Below are positions 18,684-28,730 of a stretch of DNA of 64,000 bases, piece after piece. Numbering within the stretch: the stretch's first letter is position 1; the number at the start of each line of letters is the position of its first letter. A model generated the notes under the pieces. It was not told the origin of the DNA. It made no database searches and worked only from the letters and a program-made list of their open reading frames with translations. This DNA comes from Clostridia bacterium (GTDB lineage: Bacteria; Bacillota; Clostridia; TANB77; CAG-508), in contig CAADUZ010000007.1 of the NCBI GenBank assembly GCA_900752335.1, forward strand, positions 29,388 to 93,387, read 5' to 3'. A program made the translations under genes and the position numbers.

Positions 18684-19589
18684 CTATATTAGCGCCTTTA
18701 CGAAGTCATCACTATTAAATATTTCCATATCGTCTATTTGCTCTCCTATACCAATAAATTTTACTGGCATTTTATTTTCGTTTGCAATTCCTATTACTAC
18801 GCCACCTTTGGCTGTTCCATCTAGTTTTGTAAGTACTAGTCCTGTTATATCAACAGTTTCTTTAAATGCTTTTACTTGGCTTATTGCATTTTGACCTGTT
18901 GTTGCATCTAATACCATTAAAACTTCTTTTGAAGCATTTGGAAGCTCTTTGTCAATTACTCTCTTGATTTTAATAAGCTCGTCCATTAAATATTTTTTGT
19001 TGTGTAATCTTCCCGCTGTGTCACATATAAGAACGTCTGCATTTTTTTCTTTTGCCACTTTTATTGCATCAAATACTACAGAAGCTGGGTCTACACCTTC
19101 TTCTCTTTTTACTATATCGCTGCCTGCTCTATTTGCCCAAATTTCTAGTTGTTCAACCGCTGCCGCTCTAAATGTATCTGCAGCTGCAATAACCACTTTT
19201 TTTCCATCTTTCTTTAATCTATTCGCAATTTTTCCTATTGAAGTAGTTTTTCCTACACCATTTACTCCAACTACTAAAATTACTGATGGTACAGTTTCTA
19301 AATGTAAGCTATTATCCAATTCGTCAAAAATGTTTTTAATCTCTTCTCTTAATGCTTGCTTTACAGCTTCTGAATCTTCTATTTTTTCTTTTTTTATTCT
19401 ACTTCTTAAATTTCCAATTATTTTAGTTGACGTTTCTACGCCTACGTCTGACATTATTAATATTTCTTCTAATTCTTCTAATAAGTCTTCATCTACTTTT
19501 CTAAAGCTACTAAAAACATTATTCATTTTTTCTTCAAATGAATTTTTAGTTTTGCTCAATCCTTGTTTCAATTTATCAAAAAAGCCCAT
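18684..19589 (-). CDS. ftsY: Signal recognition particle receptor FtsY
   Basis: 301 aa with SRP-GTPase motifs GVNGVGKTT, DTAGR and TKLDG. Confidence 0.95.
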   Translation of the reverse strand: MGFFDKLKQGLSKTKNSFEEKMNNVFSSFRKVDEDLLEELEEILIMSDVGVETSTKIIGNLRSRIKKEKIEDSEAVKQALREEIKNIFDELDNSLHLETVPSVILVVGVNGVGKTTSIGKIANRLKKDGKKVVIAAADTFRAAAVEQLEIWANRAGSDIVKREEGVDPASVVFDAIKVAKEKNADVLICDTAGRLHNKKYLMDELIKIKRVIDKELPNASKEVLMVLDATTGQNAISQVKAFKETVDITGLVLTKLDGTAKGGVVIGIANENKMPVKFIGIGEQIDDMEIFNSDDFVKALI

Positions 19590-19758
19590 TGTTTCCTCCC
19601 AAATTTGTTAGAATTTTACATTAAATATTATATTATTTTTACAGGATTATGTCAATGTTTATTAATGGTTTATATGTTTTTAATTAATATGGGAAATATT
19701 TGGGAAATATAAAAAAATAAAGCAAGCAAGTTGTTAAAGCCTGCTTGTTTTTAATCTT

Positions 19759-19834
19759 TGGAGCCAACAGGCGGAATCGAACCGCCGACCTACAGGTTAC
19801 GAATCTGTTGCTCTACCGACTGAGCTATGTTGGC
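19759..19834 (-). tRNA. tRNA-Thr (anticodon CGU)
   Basis: The reverse complement GCCAACATAGCTCAGTCGGTAGAGCAACAGATTCGTAACCTGTAGGTCGGCGGTTCGATTCCGCCTGTTGGCTCCA folds as a cloverleaf with loop UUCGUAA. There is one A-C mismatch at 31-39. CCA is encoded. Confidence 0.8.
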
Positions 19835-19914
19835 ATAATATTCAATTTCAAAGACAAAAAGTATAACGCTTATATACTTTTTGCCTTTGATTTATATTTT
19901 CATATATTTTAGAT

Positions 19915-21543
19915 TTAGAAGTGTTTGCCTCTACCTCTTCTTGGTGTTTCTTCTGTATCTGTTGAAGTTAAAGAATAATCGCTATCTTCTAATTTTTCTC
20001 TTTTTCTTGACTTTTTTTCTTTTTTAGGTTCGTCTTCTTCATTTTTTTCTTCATTACTGTCATTTGTTAATAGGTCATTCTTCTCTTCTTTTGAAGAAAA
20101 ATCAAAATTATATGTATTTAATGGTGCAAATTCTTCTTCTGCTGCTTTTCTACGTTTTCTTACAACTACAATTATTATTATAAGTAGAATTAATATAGCT
20201 GCACCAATTCCAATATACATGTACATGTCGTTGTCACTATTTTCGGCTGCTATAGCTTTAAATGCTTCGTCTATATTTACAACTATTTGGTATACTGTTG
20301 TTATATCTTCGTCATCTGAACTTACAAGTATTGTTATAATGTTTTCTCCTGGTTTTAAGTTATTGTTTCCCACTATTTCAACATTTACATTTTCGTCTTC
20401 TGCATTTGCAACTATATCAAGACTAGTTATGCTAGTATCTCCAATATTTAATGTGTATTCGTACACGTCACTACTAAATTCTGGTGATAGTACAAATCCT
20501 CCAACAGTTAATTCTGATAATTTAAGTCCTACTTCTTCTACTTTTGTTACATTTATTTTGTATGTTCTTACTGTACCATCTTCTGCTGTAACTTTTACGT
20601 TTACAGTATTTGTTCCAAGTAGAAGCCCATTATTTCCTGTAATTTCTACAGTAGCATTTTCGTCTTCAGCTTCAGCCTCTATTACTAAATTTTCTACGTC
20701 CCTTCCTATTGTCAAGCTATATTCAGTAATATCTGGGCTAAAGTCTGGCTCTAATTTATATTGCTCTACTGTTAAAGATTTTAAATTTTTAACATTTGAT
20801 TTATCTTTATCGTCTTCTTCGTTTTTCTTGTCTTCGTCTTCATTCTTTTTATCTTCTTCTGCTGCTGCAGCTGGCTTTGTAGTTGTTAAATAACTGCTAC
20901 TTACATATGCGGTTTGTCCGCCATATTTAATTCTGCTCCAGCCATCTCCTATACCTGTTCTTGTTACACTATCGCCTTTGTTTAGTGAACCTATTACACT
21001 ACCATCTATAGGGCTATTTCTAACGTTTATTCCGTCATCTGTGGCATATACAGTTTCATTTACTGAACTAAAACTCATGCTTGGTGTTTCTTCTTTATCT
21101 CCACCATCGTCTGAATCTCCTCCTGAAGTGTTACCTCCTGAACTTCCGTCACCGCCTGACGAACTGCTTTTTGATTCAACTGTTACTTTTAACGTTTTAT
21201 CTATTATTGTATTAGTTCTATCATAATCGGTTATATCGCCTTCTAATGTAAATGTTACAGTACCTGTTTTAGAAGCTTTATATGTTCCACTAAAAGATTC
21301 TGAAATATTACTTTTGTAATTATCAAGCTCTTCTGAATATGCAATTTGTGAACCATTAGCATATAGTTTTAATTTCCATTGTGCTGCATTAATGTTCACC
21401 GTAACTTTTATTGTATCTCCTACATTCACTTTTGTTTTGTTTGAAGTCATACTTACACTTGCCGCCTGTGAATTATTACTCATTATAAATAGTCCGATTG
21501 TTAATATAATAATAAATATTAATGATTTTATTACTTTCTTCAT
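19915..21543 (-). CDS. Surface protein: signal peptide, Ig-like domain, SH3b, two cadherin-like beta-sandwich repeats, C-terminal TM anchor
   Basis: Start moved to ATG 21543 (RBS AGAGGAA), giving MKKVIKSL... SH3b region (INVRNSPIDGSVIGSLNKGDSV). Duplicated L(K/S)xLTV...P(D/E)FS(P/S)D(I/V)(T/Y)EY(S/T)L modules. TM IGIGAAILILLIIIIVVV followed by a basic/acidic tail. Confidence 0.7.
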   Translation of the reverse strand: MKKVIKSLIFIIILTIGLFIMSNNSQAASVSMTSNKTKVNVGDTIKVTVNINAAQWKLKLYANGSQIAYSEELDNYKSNISESFSGTYKASKTGTVTFTLEGDITDYDRTNTIIDKTLKVTVESKSSSSGGDGSSGGNTSGGDSDDGGDKEETPSMSFSSVNETVYATDDGINVRNSPIDGSVIGSLNKGDSVTRTGIGDGWSRIKYGGQTAYVSSSYLTTTKPAAAAEEDKKNEDEDKKNEEDDKDKSNVKNLKSLTVEQYKLEPDFSPDITEYSLTIGRDVENLVIEAEAEDENATVEITGNNGLLLGTNTVNVKVTAEDGTVRTYKINVTKVEEVGLKLSELTVGGFVLSPEFSSDVYEYTLNIGDTSITSLDIVANAEDENVNVEIVGNNNLKPGENIITILVSSDDEDITTVYQIVVNIDEAFKAIAAENSDNDMYMYIGIGAAILILLIIIIVVVRKRRKAAEEEFAPLNTYNFDFSSKEEKNDLLTNDSNEEKNEEDEPKKEKKSRKREKLEDSDYSLTSTDTEETPRRGRGKHF

Positions 21544-21565
21544 ACATGTTCCTCTCATTCTTATT

Positions 21566-23728
21566 TTATAAACTTATATCTTTAACTTCTCCTACATGCT
21601 GTTTAGCTATCAATGAATCTCCGGAATTTATTTTTCCATCTCTATTAATATCTGCTGCTTGTTTATAACTATAATTAGTTATATCCTTAACTTCTCCTAC
21701 ATGTTGTTTTATTATTAAAGTATCTCCTGAATTTACAACACCGTCTCCGTTCACGTCTCCCAGTTTCGATATAATATATGTTATTCCTCCATATGTAACT
21801 GTATAACCTGTACACAAATTTCCACTTGTTACTTTATCTCCATTAGCTTTTTTTACTGTTGCACCAGATAGCTTACTTGTTACGTTGCTAACTGTTATGT
21901 CTGGCTCACATAGTATTAAACCGCCTGAACTCTTAAATCCATTTCCATTTATTTCTGGTCCGTTTACTGATTGGATATAGTCTTCGTCGTCATCTCCTCT
22001 TGCAACATAACCTGTAGTTCCTGATTCTGTTACAATTTTGTCCCAAATATATCCGCCTTTATTTGATGCATTCTTTTCTATTCTTGTTAAATAATCTCCT
22101 TGGTCTGCATATCCTAGAATATCTGAACTTGTACCCGGCGATTTTCTTATCGTTAATCCTTCTGGGCAAACTACTTTTACAATATCTGCACCAGATGGCG
22201 TTGAACCCGAATCACTAACTTCTTCTAGATATCTTGCTACTACATAGCCTTGCGTTCCATCTGCTAAAACTATTCTGCTCCAGTCTTCTCCATTGATATT
22301 ATTGTATTTGCCTTTTTCTATAATAGTTACCTTTTGTCCTACTGCTAGGACTAAAAGAGAGGTTGTTTCTGTAGTTCCAGGTCCGTTTCTTAAACGTCCT
22401 GGCTCTATTGCAACTGCTTCTATATTACAGTTTGTTACGTCGTCAATTTGTTTAAATCCAGTATTTACAACATATCCTTTTTTACCATTATCTAGTACTA
22501 CTTTGCTCCACACTTTTCCATTTGTTTTCTTTGAATCTATCTCTATTCTTAATACTTTAGCACCTTTTTTTAGTGTTGCAAGTTTAGTTGAAGAAGTGCT
22601 CTTTTCCTTGTATACATAAATTGATGCATCTGTTACTTGTATGTTTTGTGTTACTATTGATTCTGAACCTGGTCTAGGACATTTGCTTGTTGGCATATTT
22701 TCAAATACCGGAATTACAAAGTTAAATGGCATGTCCAAATCACTGTCAAGTTCTTTGTATGCTTCATATGTAGATGATGCTTCTGAAACAGGTGCTTCTA
22801 TATTCTCCATGTATTGGAAGTATAAATCTCCGTCGCTATCGTCTACGTCAAATTTTTGTAAATATAATGTGTTTTGTCCGTATTCTATATATTCACCTAC
22901 TAAAAATTCTGCTCCACCTTCTATTGCTTTAACAGGGTCTGTCCACCTCTTGCTTTTTGCATATTCTAATGCATTTGTTATTTCATTTTCTCCTGAAGCA
23001 TTTATATTAAAGAAGTTATAGTATCCTTCATATCCTGATACCGTACCAGTAGCTGTAGGAGATGCACTACTTCCTGTTCCTTGCTCTTGTCTTATTCTTG
23101 AAGCTACATGGTATGGGCTAACCCCAGCCTTTTCTGAAGCTTCTAATATAACTTCTGCGTATGTTTTATTTATAGTTGCCTTTTTTCCACTTGTAGTTGT
23201 ATATGTAATTTTATCAGTTAGTAAATAATCGCATCCATCTAATATTAATTCTATTCCTTCTGTTGTAAACACATTATCTGCCCACCCTAAATTTTCAAAT
23301 TGGAATATTTGCGATTCGTCATATAGGAAGTTTCTTGGATCCATATAATATGATACCGCTGCTGCCGAAGCGCAATACCAACCCTCATTTGGATAATAGT
23401 CTTTCTTTCCACATACTGAACATAGCCAAGCACCATCTTCTCCTTGTATTAAGCTTCTGCCATGTGAATTTACAGTTTCGTCTTTTATAACGTCGTCCCA
23501 GTCAAGATTTGTATATAATATTGTAAACGTCCAGTTCGGATGGTCCTCTAATAAATTATCCAATAATGTTGCATAGCCTGGATAACCATCTAGCATATCG
23601 CTTCCTTTTGTATATGTTTTTCTTTGCGCTTTTGCTTCTACTGTATTTATTGGAAACACTGTAAAAATGCCCAATATTAGTATTAGAATTAATAATATGC
23701 AAACACACTTTATTAATCTATAATTCAT
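21566..23728 (-). CDS. Secreted cell-wall hydrolase (glucosaminidase-like) with SH3b repeats and a C-terminal type-I dockerin
   Basis: 720 aa with a signal peptide. GVSPYHVASRIRQEQG block (GH73-like, moderate confidence), three SH3b-like repeats, and the duplicated calcium-binding motif DVNGDGVVNSGD / DINRDGKINSGD at the C-terminus. Confidence 0.75.
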   Translation of the reverse strand: MNYRLIKCVCILLILILILGIFTVFPINTVEAKAQRKTYTKGSDMLDGYPGYATLLDNLLEDHPNWTFTILYTNLDWDDVIKDETVNSHGRSLIQGEDGAWLCSVCGKKDYYPNEGWYCASAAAVSYYMDPRNFLYDESQIFQFENLGWADNVFTTEGIELILDGCDYLLTDKITYTTTSGKKATINKTYAEVILEASEKAGVSPYHVASRIRQEQGTGSSASPTATGTVSGYEGYYNFFNINASGENEITNALEYAKSKRWTDPVKAIEGGAEFLVGEYIEYGQNTLYLQKFDVDDSDGDLYFQYMENIEAPVSEASSTYEAYKELDSDLDMPFNFVIPVFENMPTSKCPRPGSESIVTQNIQVTDASIYVYKEKSTSSTKLATLKKGAKVLRIEIDSKKTNGKVWSKVVLDNGKKGYVVNTGFKQIDDVTNCNIEAVAIEPGRLRNGPGTTETTSLLVLAVGQKVTIIEKGKYNNINGEDWSRIVLADGTQGYVVARYLEEVSDSGSTPSGADIVKVVCPEGLTIRKSPGTSSDILGYADQGDYLTRIEKNASNKGGYIWDKIVTESGTTGYVARGDDDEDYIQSVNGPEINGNGFKSSGGLILCEPDITVSNVTSKLSGATVKKANGDKVTSGNLCTGYTVTYGGITYIISKLGDVNGDGVVNSGDTLIIKQHVGEVKDITNYSYKQAADINRDGKINSGDSLIAKQHVGEVKDISL

Positions 23729-23895
23729 TGTTTTTGCTTCCTCCTCATTAGTTTTATCGACAATTTTCTCGCATAAAGTATATCATTAATATTTTTTCGC
23801 GTCAACCCAATTTTTTAGTATTTTTTTGTATATTTTCTTTACAAAAAATGTAGTTTAATATACAATAATATAGGTATAAAAAGAAAGGAAAAAAT

Positions 23896-24324
23896 ATGGA
23901 AAAATATATTTCAAAAAATGAACAAGACACAATAGACTTTGCTAAAAATTTTGCCAAAAACTTAAAACTTGGAGATATTGTAGTTCTTTCTGGTGAACTT
24001 GGTTCTGGCAAAACTAAATTTGTTCAAGGGATTTTAGAATATTTTAATTTAGCAAACGAAATATCTAGCCCAACTTTTACTATCGTAAATGAATATACTT
24101 CGGATAAAGTAAATATCTATCATTTTGACGTGTATAGATTAGAAGATTCAGACGAATTTTTTGCAATAGGCGGAGAGGAATATTTTTCTAAAGGAATTTG
24201 CTTAATTGAATGGGGCGAGCTTATCGAGGATATCCTTCCAAAGCCATATACAAAAATTTGCTTTAAAAAAAATAACGACGACGTAGATTTTAGAGAATTA
24301 TGCATAGAACGAATAGAATCATAA
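23896..24324 (+). CDS. tsaE: tRNA t6A37 biosynthesis ATPase TsaE
   Basis: 142 aa with the P-loop GELGSGKT and SPTFTIVNEY, HFDVYRL blocks. Confidence 0.9.
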   Translation: MEKYISKNEQDTIDFAKNFAKNLKLGDIVVLSGELGSGKTKFVQGILEYFNLANEISSPTFTIVNEYTSDKVNIYHFDVYRLEDSDEFFAIGGEEYFSKGICLIEWGELIEDILPKPYTKICFKKNNDDVDFRELCIERIES

Positions 24325-24353
24325 TTTTAAAATATAACAAGAAGGGAAATACA

Positions 24354-25535
24354 ATGAAAATTTTAAGTATAGACACCTCTTCTAAAATATGTGGTGTTAC
24401 AATTTCAGAAAATGAAAAGATTTTAATACATTTGCATAATGATGACGAAAGAACACATTCTGTAAAGCTTATGCCAATGATAGATAAAGCTTTAAAAAAT
24501 ACAAAACTTACTCTTGACGATATAGCACTCTTTGCTGTGTGCATTGGCCCTGGCTCATTTACAGGTGTTAGAATTGGAATTGCTACAATAAAAGCATTTG
24601 CTGACGTAAAAAAGATACCTGTAGTTGGCGTAAGTTCGTTAGAAAGCCTAGCATACAATATTTTAGACAATATAAATATTGAAAACACTGTAGTTTGCTC
24701 TTTGATAGATGCAAAAAATAGTAATGTGTACTGCGGGATATATAAATTTTGCAAAAGCGATGCAACCTTAAAATGCGAAGGGCTTGATATATTCGCTGAA
24801 GATATTGATACTACTATTAATAAAATACAAAAATTTAGCAAATATAATATCATGTTTGTTGGAGATGGTGCTACAAACTATCTCGAAAAAATAAAACAAA
24901 ACTTTCCGGAAGCTAAATTTGCAAATTTTGAAAGTTCAGGATTTTCAGCTTCTGCAGACATCGATTTAAACCTTCAAAACAGCAATAGCATAGCAAGAGC
25001 AGCATTAAGTAAATACATGCAAGGTCAAATAGGAGATTCTACTTCTATCTCCCCTATTTACTTAAAAAAATCTCAAGCAGAACGCGCATTAGAAGAAAAA
25101 ATACAAATTGCACCAATGTCAAAAGAAGATATCGAAGCAATTTCTCCAAACTTTCAGGACGAATTCGATAAATTTTGGAACATTCAAAACTTAAAAAGCG
25201 ATTTTGAAAACTCAAATTCTACATATTATATAGCAAAATTAGACAATGAAATAGTTGGATTTGCAGGTTTTTTAAAAATCTGTGACGAAGCCACCCTAAT
25301 GAACATTGTAACAAAAACAAGCAAGAGGCACCTTGGTATAGGAACAAAACTATTAGAAGCAATAATAAAAGAAGCAAAAAAGCAAAACTTAAAAACTATT
25401 ACATTAGAAGTAAACGAAAAAAACACTTATGCAATAGATTTATATGAAAAAAAATTCAATTTTAAAAGAATAGGTTTAAGAAAAAAGTATTATAATAATA
25501 CAGATGATGCAATATTAATGTCAATGGGAATTTAG
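24354..25535 (+). CDS. tsaB: Fusion protein: TsaB (t6A37 biosynthesis) + RimI-type N-acetyltransferase
   Basis: Start at ATG 24354 (MKILSIDTSS...). The TsaB part contains GPGSFTGVRIG. It continues without a stop into a GNAT domain (…VGFAGF…RHLGIGTKLLEAII…LEVNEKNTYAIDLYEKKFNF). Confidence 0.85.
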   Translation: MKILSIDTSSKICGVTISENEKILIHLHNDDERTHSVKLMPMIDKALKNTKLTLDDIALFAVCIGPGSFTGVRIGIATIKAFADVKKIPVVGVSSLESLAYNILDNINIENTVVCSLIDAKNSNVYCGIYKFCKSDATLKCEGLDIFAEDIDTTINKIQKFSKYNIMFVGDGATNYLEKIKQNFPEAKFANFESSGFSASADIDLNLQNSNSIARAALSKYMQGQIGDSTSISPIYLKKSQAERALEEKIQIAPMSKEDIEAISPNFQDEFDKFWNIQNLKSDFENSNSTYYIAKLDNEIVGFAGFLKICDEATLMNIVTKTSKRHLGIGTKLLEAIIKEAKKQNLKTITLEVNEKNTYAIDLYEKKFNFKRIGLRKKYYNNTDDAILMSMGI

Positions 25536-25616
25536 GGACAGGTCTCATTTTCCCATTTTTTAAAAATAACAAAATGCAAAAACAGGAAAAATGAGAATTT
25601 TAGACCTGTCCCTAAA
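25531..25616. repeat. 86-bp palindromic element (15-bp arms TTTAGGGACAGGTCT / AGACCTGTCCCTAAA)
   Basis: The left arm overlaps the tsaB-rimI stop codon. An inner second pair is CATTTTCCC / GGAAAAATG. It probably acts as a terminator. Confidence 0.65.
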
Positions 25617-25641
25617 TTCTCACAAATAAGGAGGATTACTA

Positions 25642-28035
25642 ATGAAAAGAAAAAATGAACTTGGTTACAGGGATTTGAAAATAACTTGCGACCCTAAATT
25701 ACTTAATTTTAATACCACTGACGATTTAGAGCCAATTAGTACTGGTATTGGTCAAGAACGTGGTATTAAAGCTCTAGAGTTTGGTCTTAATGTAGATATT
25801 AACGGATATAATGTATATGTTGAAGGACCTTATGGCGTTGGAAAAACTGCTTATGTTAAGAATTATTTAAATGTTATTTCTAAAAAGAAGAAAGTGCCTA
25901 ATGATTGGTGCTATTTATATAATTTTGATAATACTAATGAGCCTGTGGCTGTTTCTCTTCCAGCTGGTCAAGGTAAAGAGTTTAAGTCTACAATGAATTC
26001 TTTTATCAATGAAATTAAGGTTGATATAAAGAATACTTTTAATAATGAAGATTTTGAAAGAGAAAAGAATTTAATTAGGCAAGAGTATGAAACTAAACGT
26101 AATTTACTTATGGAGAAGTTAAATCAAAAGTCTGCCGAATATGGCTTTACTGTTAAGTCTTCTCAAAATGGTATTTATATGATGCCTATTTTAAATGGTA
26201 AAACTATTGCTGAAGAGGATTTTAATAAATTAGATGAAGCTATAAAGAAAGAGTTTGAGGACAAGTCTACTATCGTTCAACAACATATTATGGCTGCTAT
26301 TGGCGAGATTAAGTCTATTGAACGAGAATCTGATAAACGTATTCAAGAATGGCAGTCTAATGTTGCTTTACTTACAATTAATGCTCATATTAATTTAATT
26401 AAGAGTAAGTATAAAAGAAATAAAAAGATTAATAATTTCCTAGATTCTATTAAAAAGGATATATTAAAAAATATTGCTCTATTTACAGCTGACGAGAAAA
26501 CTTTGGAAAGTAAGCTTCAAGGTCCACATGCTGCTCATCCTGAAATTGTAAAACCTTGGCTTAATTATAGGGTTAATTTGTTTATTGATAATAGTAATTT
26601 GGAAGGTGCACCTGTTGTTGCTGATACTAATTATTCTTATCACAATATTTTTGGTAAGCTTGAATATGAAAATTATTATGGTACTTTAAAAACAGATTAC
26701 ACAATGTTAAAACCTGGACTTCTTCATATTGCAAATGGTGGATATTTGGTATTCCAAGCAAATGATTTGCTAACTAACCCATTATGCTATGATGCTTTAA
26801 AGAAAGTTTTAAGAAGTAAAACTCTTGGTATAGAAAATGCTGCAGACCCACGTTCTTCTATGGTTATGATTTCCTTAAAACCTGAACCTATACCACTAGA
26901 CTTAAAGGTTATTCTAATTGGCGACGAAAATATTTATCAAACATTACTTGCAATGGACCCTGATTTTAGAAAATTGTTTAAGATAAAAGTTGAGTTTGCT
27001 GATGAAGCACCACTTACTAAAGATAATATGATAAAACTTTCTAGATTTGTAAAAGGTTATTGCGACCATGAGGGGCTTCCACCTCTTGATAATAAAGCTA
27101 TGGCAAAAGTTATTGAATATGCTTCAAAGCTTGCGGATAACCAAGCTAAACTTGCAACACGTTTTACAGATTTATCTTTAATTGTTGGCGAGGCTTCAAC
27201 TTGGGCTAAACTTGCTAAATCCAAAGTTATAACCGAAGAATTTATTACAAAAGCATTGGCTGAAAAGGTTGATAGAGTAAAGAAATATGACGACAAATAT
27301 ATGGAAATGATAAAAGATGACACTCTACTTATTAGTACTTCTGGTAGCAAAGTTGGACAAATTAATGGTCTTACAATTATGAATGTCGGAGATTATACAT
27401 TTGGTAAGCCAGTTAAAATTACAGCCAATACCTATACCGGTAAAAATGGCATTATAAATATTGAAAGAGAAGTTGAACTTTCTGGTTCTTCACATTCTAA
27501 AGGTATCTTGATTTTAAGTGGATATTTAGGAGAAATGTTTGCACAAGATATGCCTCTTTCGCTTACAGCAAGCATCTGTTTTGAACAGCTATATAGCGGT
27601 GTTGATGGAGATAGTGCTTCTAGTACAGAGTTATATGCTCTTCTTTCTAGTTTATCAAACATTCCAATAAATCAAGCTTTTGCTGTTACTGGTTCTGTCA
27701 ACCAAAAAGGCGAAATACAACCAATAGGTGGCGTAAATGATAAAATAGAAGGATTTTTCCAAGTATGTAAAATGAGAGGCTTGGATGGCTCACATAGTGT
27801 AATAATTCCAAAACAAAATGTTAGAAATTTAAACCTTTCTAATGAAGTAGTAGATGCTGTTAAAGAAGGCAATTTCCACATATATGCAATTTCTACTATT
27901 GACGAAGGAATTGAACTGCTTACCGGTGTTCCTGCTGGAAACAAGGATGAGAACGGTAACTTCCCTGCTGGTACAGTAAATTACCTAGTATATCAAAAAT
28001 TAAAAAAATATGCTAAAGTAAGTAGAGAGAAATAA
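25642..28035 (+). CDS. Lon-related ATP-dependent protease (COG1067-type)
   Basis: 797 aa with an N-terminal P-loop GPYGVGKT and a long helical insertion. C-terminal Lon S16 domain with GVDGDSASSTELYALLS (catalytic Ser) and GGVNDKIEGF (Lys). Confidence 0.85.
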   Translation: MKRKNELGYRDLKITCDPKLLNFNTTDDLEPISTGIGQERGIKALEFGLNVDINGYNVYVEGPYGVGKTAYVKNYLNVISKKKKVPNDWCYLYNFDNTNEPVAVSLPAGQGKEFKSTMNSFINEIKVDIKNTFNNEDFEREKNLIRQEYETKRNLLMEKLNQKSAEYGFTVKSSQNGIYMMPILNGKTIAEEDFNKLDEAIKKEFEDKSTIVQQHIMAAIGEIKSIERESDKRIQEWQSNVALLTINAHINLIKSKYKRNKKINNFLDSIKKDILKNIALFTADEKTLESKLQGPHAAHPEIVKPWLNYRVNLFIDNSNLEGAPVVADTNYSYHNIFGKLEYENYYGTLKTDYTMLKPGLLHIANGGYLVFQANDLLTNPLCYDALKKVLRSKTLGIENAADPRSSMVMISLKPEPIPLDLKVILIGDENIYQTLLAMDPDFRKLFKIKVEFADEAPLTKDNMIKLSRFVKGYCDHEGLPPLDNKAMAKVIEYASKLADNQAKLATRFTDLSLIVGEASTWAKLAKSKVITEEFITKALAEKVDRVKKYDDKYMEMIKDDTLLISTSGSKVGQINGLTIMNVGDYTFGKPVKITANTYTGKNGIINIEREVELSGSSHSKGILILSGYLGEMFAQDMPLSLTASICFEQLYSGVDGDSASSTELYALLSSLSNIPINQAFAVTGSVNQKGEIQPIGGVNDKIEGFFQVCKMRGLDGSHSVIIPKQNVRNLNLSNEVVDAVKEGNFHIYAISTIDEGIELLTGVPAGNKDENGNFPAGTVNYLVYQKLKKYAKVSREK

Positions 28036-28111
28036 ATTTGTGATTTTTTCCATTTTATGGTATAATGTATGTATTCACGAAAGTGAAAACTTATTTAAAG
28101 GGGTGTCTCCT

Positions 28112-28297
28112 ATGTTTAGCAATGAAAAAAATTCTTCGGAATTAGCTACGAAGAAAATCAGCATCCAGTTTTACGACGGCGTGTACGAAATCGACGTCCC
28201 AGAGGATTTTTTGAAGCTTCCTATTGAAGACCGGGTCTTCATTGTAACGCGCCTTGCTTCCGCATTAGGGGTTAAGGAAATCCTTAAGATTTTCTGA
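28112..28297 (+). CDS. Small hypothetical protein (61 aa) of atypical, GC-richer composition
   Basis: Start at ATG 28112 after AAAGGGG. Followed by hairpins, including AACCCTCC...GGGAGGGTT. No family recognised. Confidence 0.5.
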   Translation: MFSNEKNSSELATKKISIQFYDGVYEIDVPEDFLKLPIEDRVFIVTRLASALGVKEILKIF

Positions 28298-28330
28298 TAA
28301 CGCTCCGAAACATTGCAGATATTTCTGCAA

Positions 28331-28366
28331 AACCCTCCTGGCTATAAAGCTGGGAGGGTTTAATTA
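28331..28366 (+). terminator. Intrinsic terminator after the small GC-rich ORF
   Basis: AACCCTCCTGGCTATAAAGCTGGGAGGGTTT followed by a T/A-rich tail. Confidence 0.55.
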
Positions 28367-28457
28367 ATTTATCTTTTTAAATTATTTCATATAGACTATT
28401 TACTTAAACATGGAATGAATATTATCACAAATTAGTGAAAATAATAATAATATAATA

Positions 28458-28486
28458 TTGACTTTTGTAATACAATGTAGTACAAT
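28458..28486 (+). promoter_or_regulatory. Sigma-A promoter (and probable operator) of the relBE-like operon
   Basis: TTGACT-17 nt-TACAAT. A direct repeat of TACAATG spans the -10 region. Confidence 0.55.
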
Positions 28487-28511
28487 GATTAATGTAAGGA
28501 GATGATATAGT

Positions 28512-28730
28512 ATGACTATTTCAGTAAGATTAAATGAAAAAGATACAAAATTGGTAAGAGCATACGCAAAAATGAATAATATATCTTTATCTGATTTAGT
28601 AAGAAATGCCATATTAGAAAAAATTGAAGACGAATATGATTTAGATTTATATAACAAAGCTATAGAAGAATATAACGAGAATCCTAAAACTTATACAATG
28701 GATGAGGTAAAAGAGGAGTTGGGACTATAA
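28512..28730 (+). CDS. Type II antitoxin, ribbon-helix-helix (RelB/DUF6290-like)
   Basis: 72 aa: MTISVRLNEKDTKLVRAYAKMNNISLSDLVRNAILEKIEDEYD... (RHH pattern). It abuts the toxin gene. Confidence 0.8.
   Translation: MTISVRLNEKDTKLVRAYAKMNNISLSDLVRNAILEKIEDEYDLDLYNKAIEEYNENPKTYTMDEVKEELGL

Noticed and set aside
25642-28035. Lon-like protease as BrxL of a BREX defence system
   Set aside because: No PglX, PglZ or BrxA-C-like genes are nearby. Its size and motifs fit the widespread COG1067 Lon-related protease of Clostridia, and its flanks are tsaB-rimI and a small TA islet.
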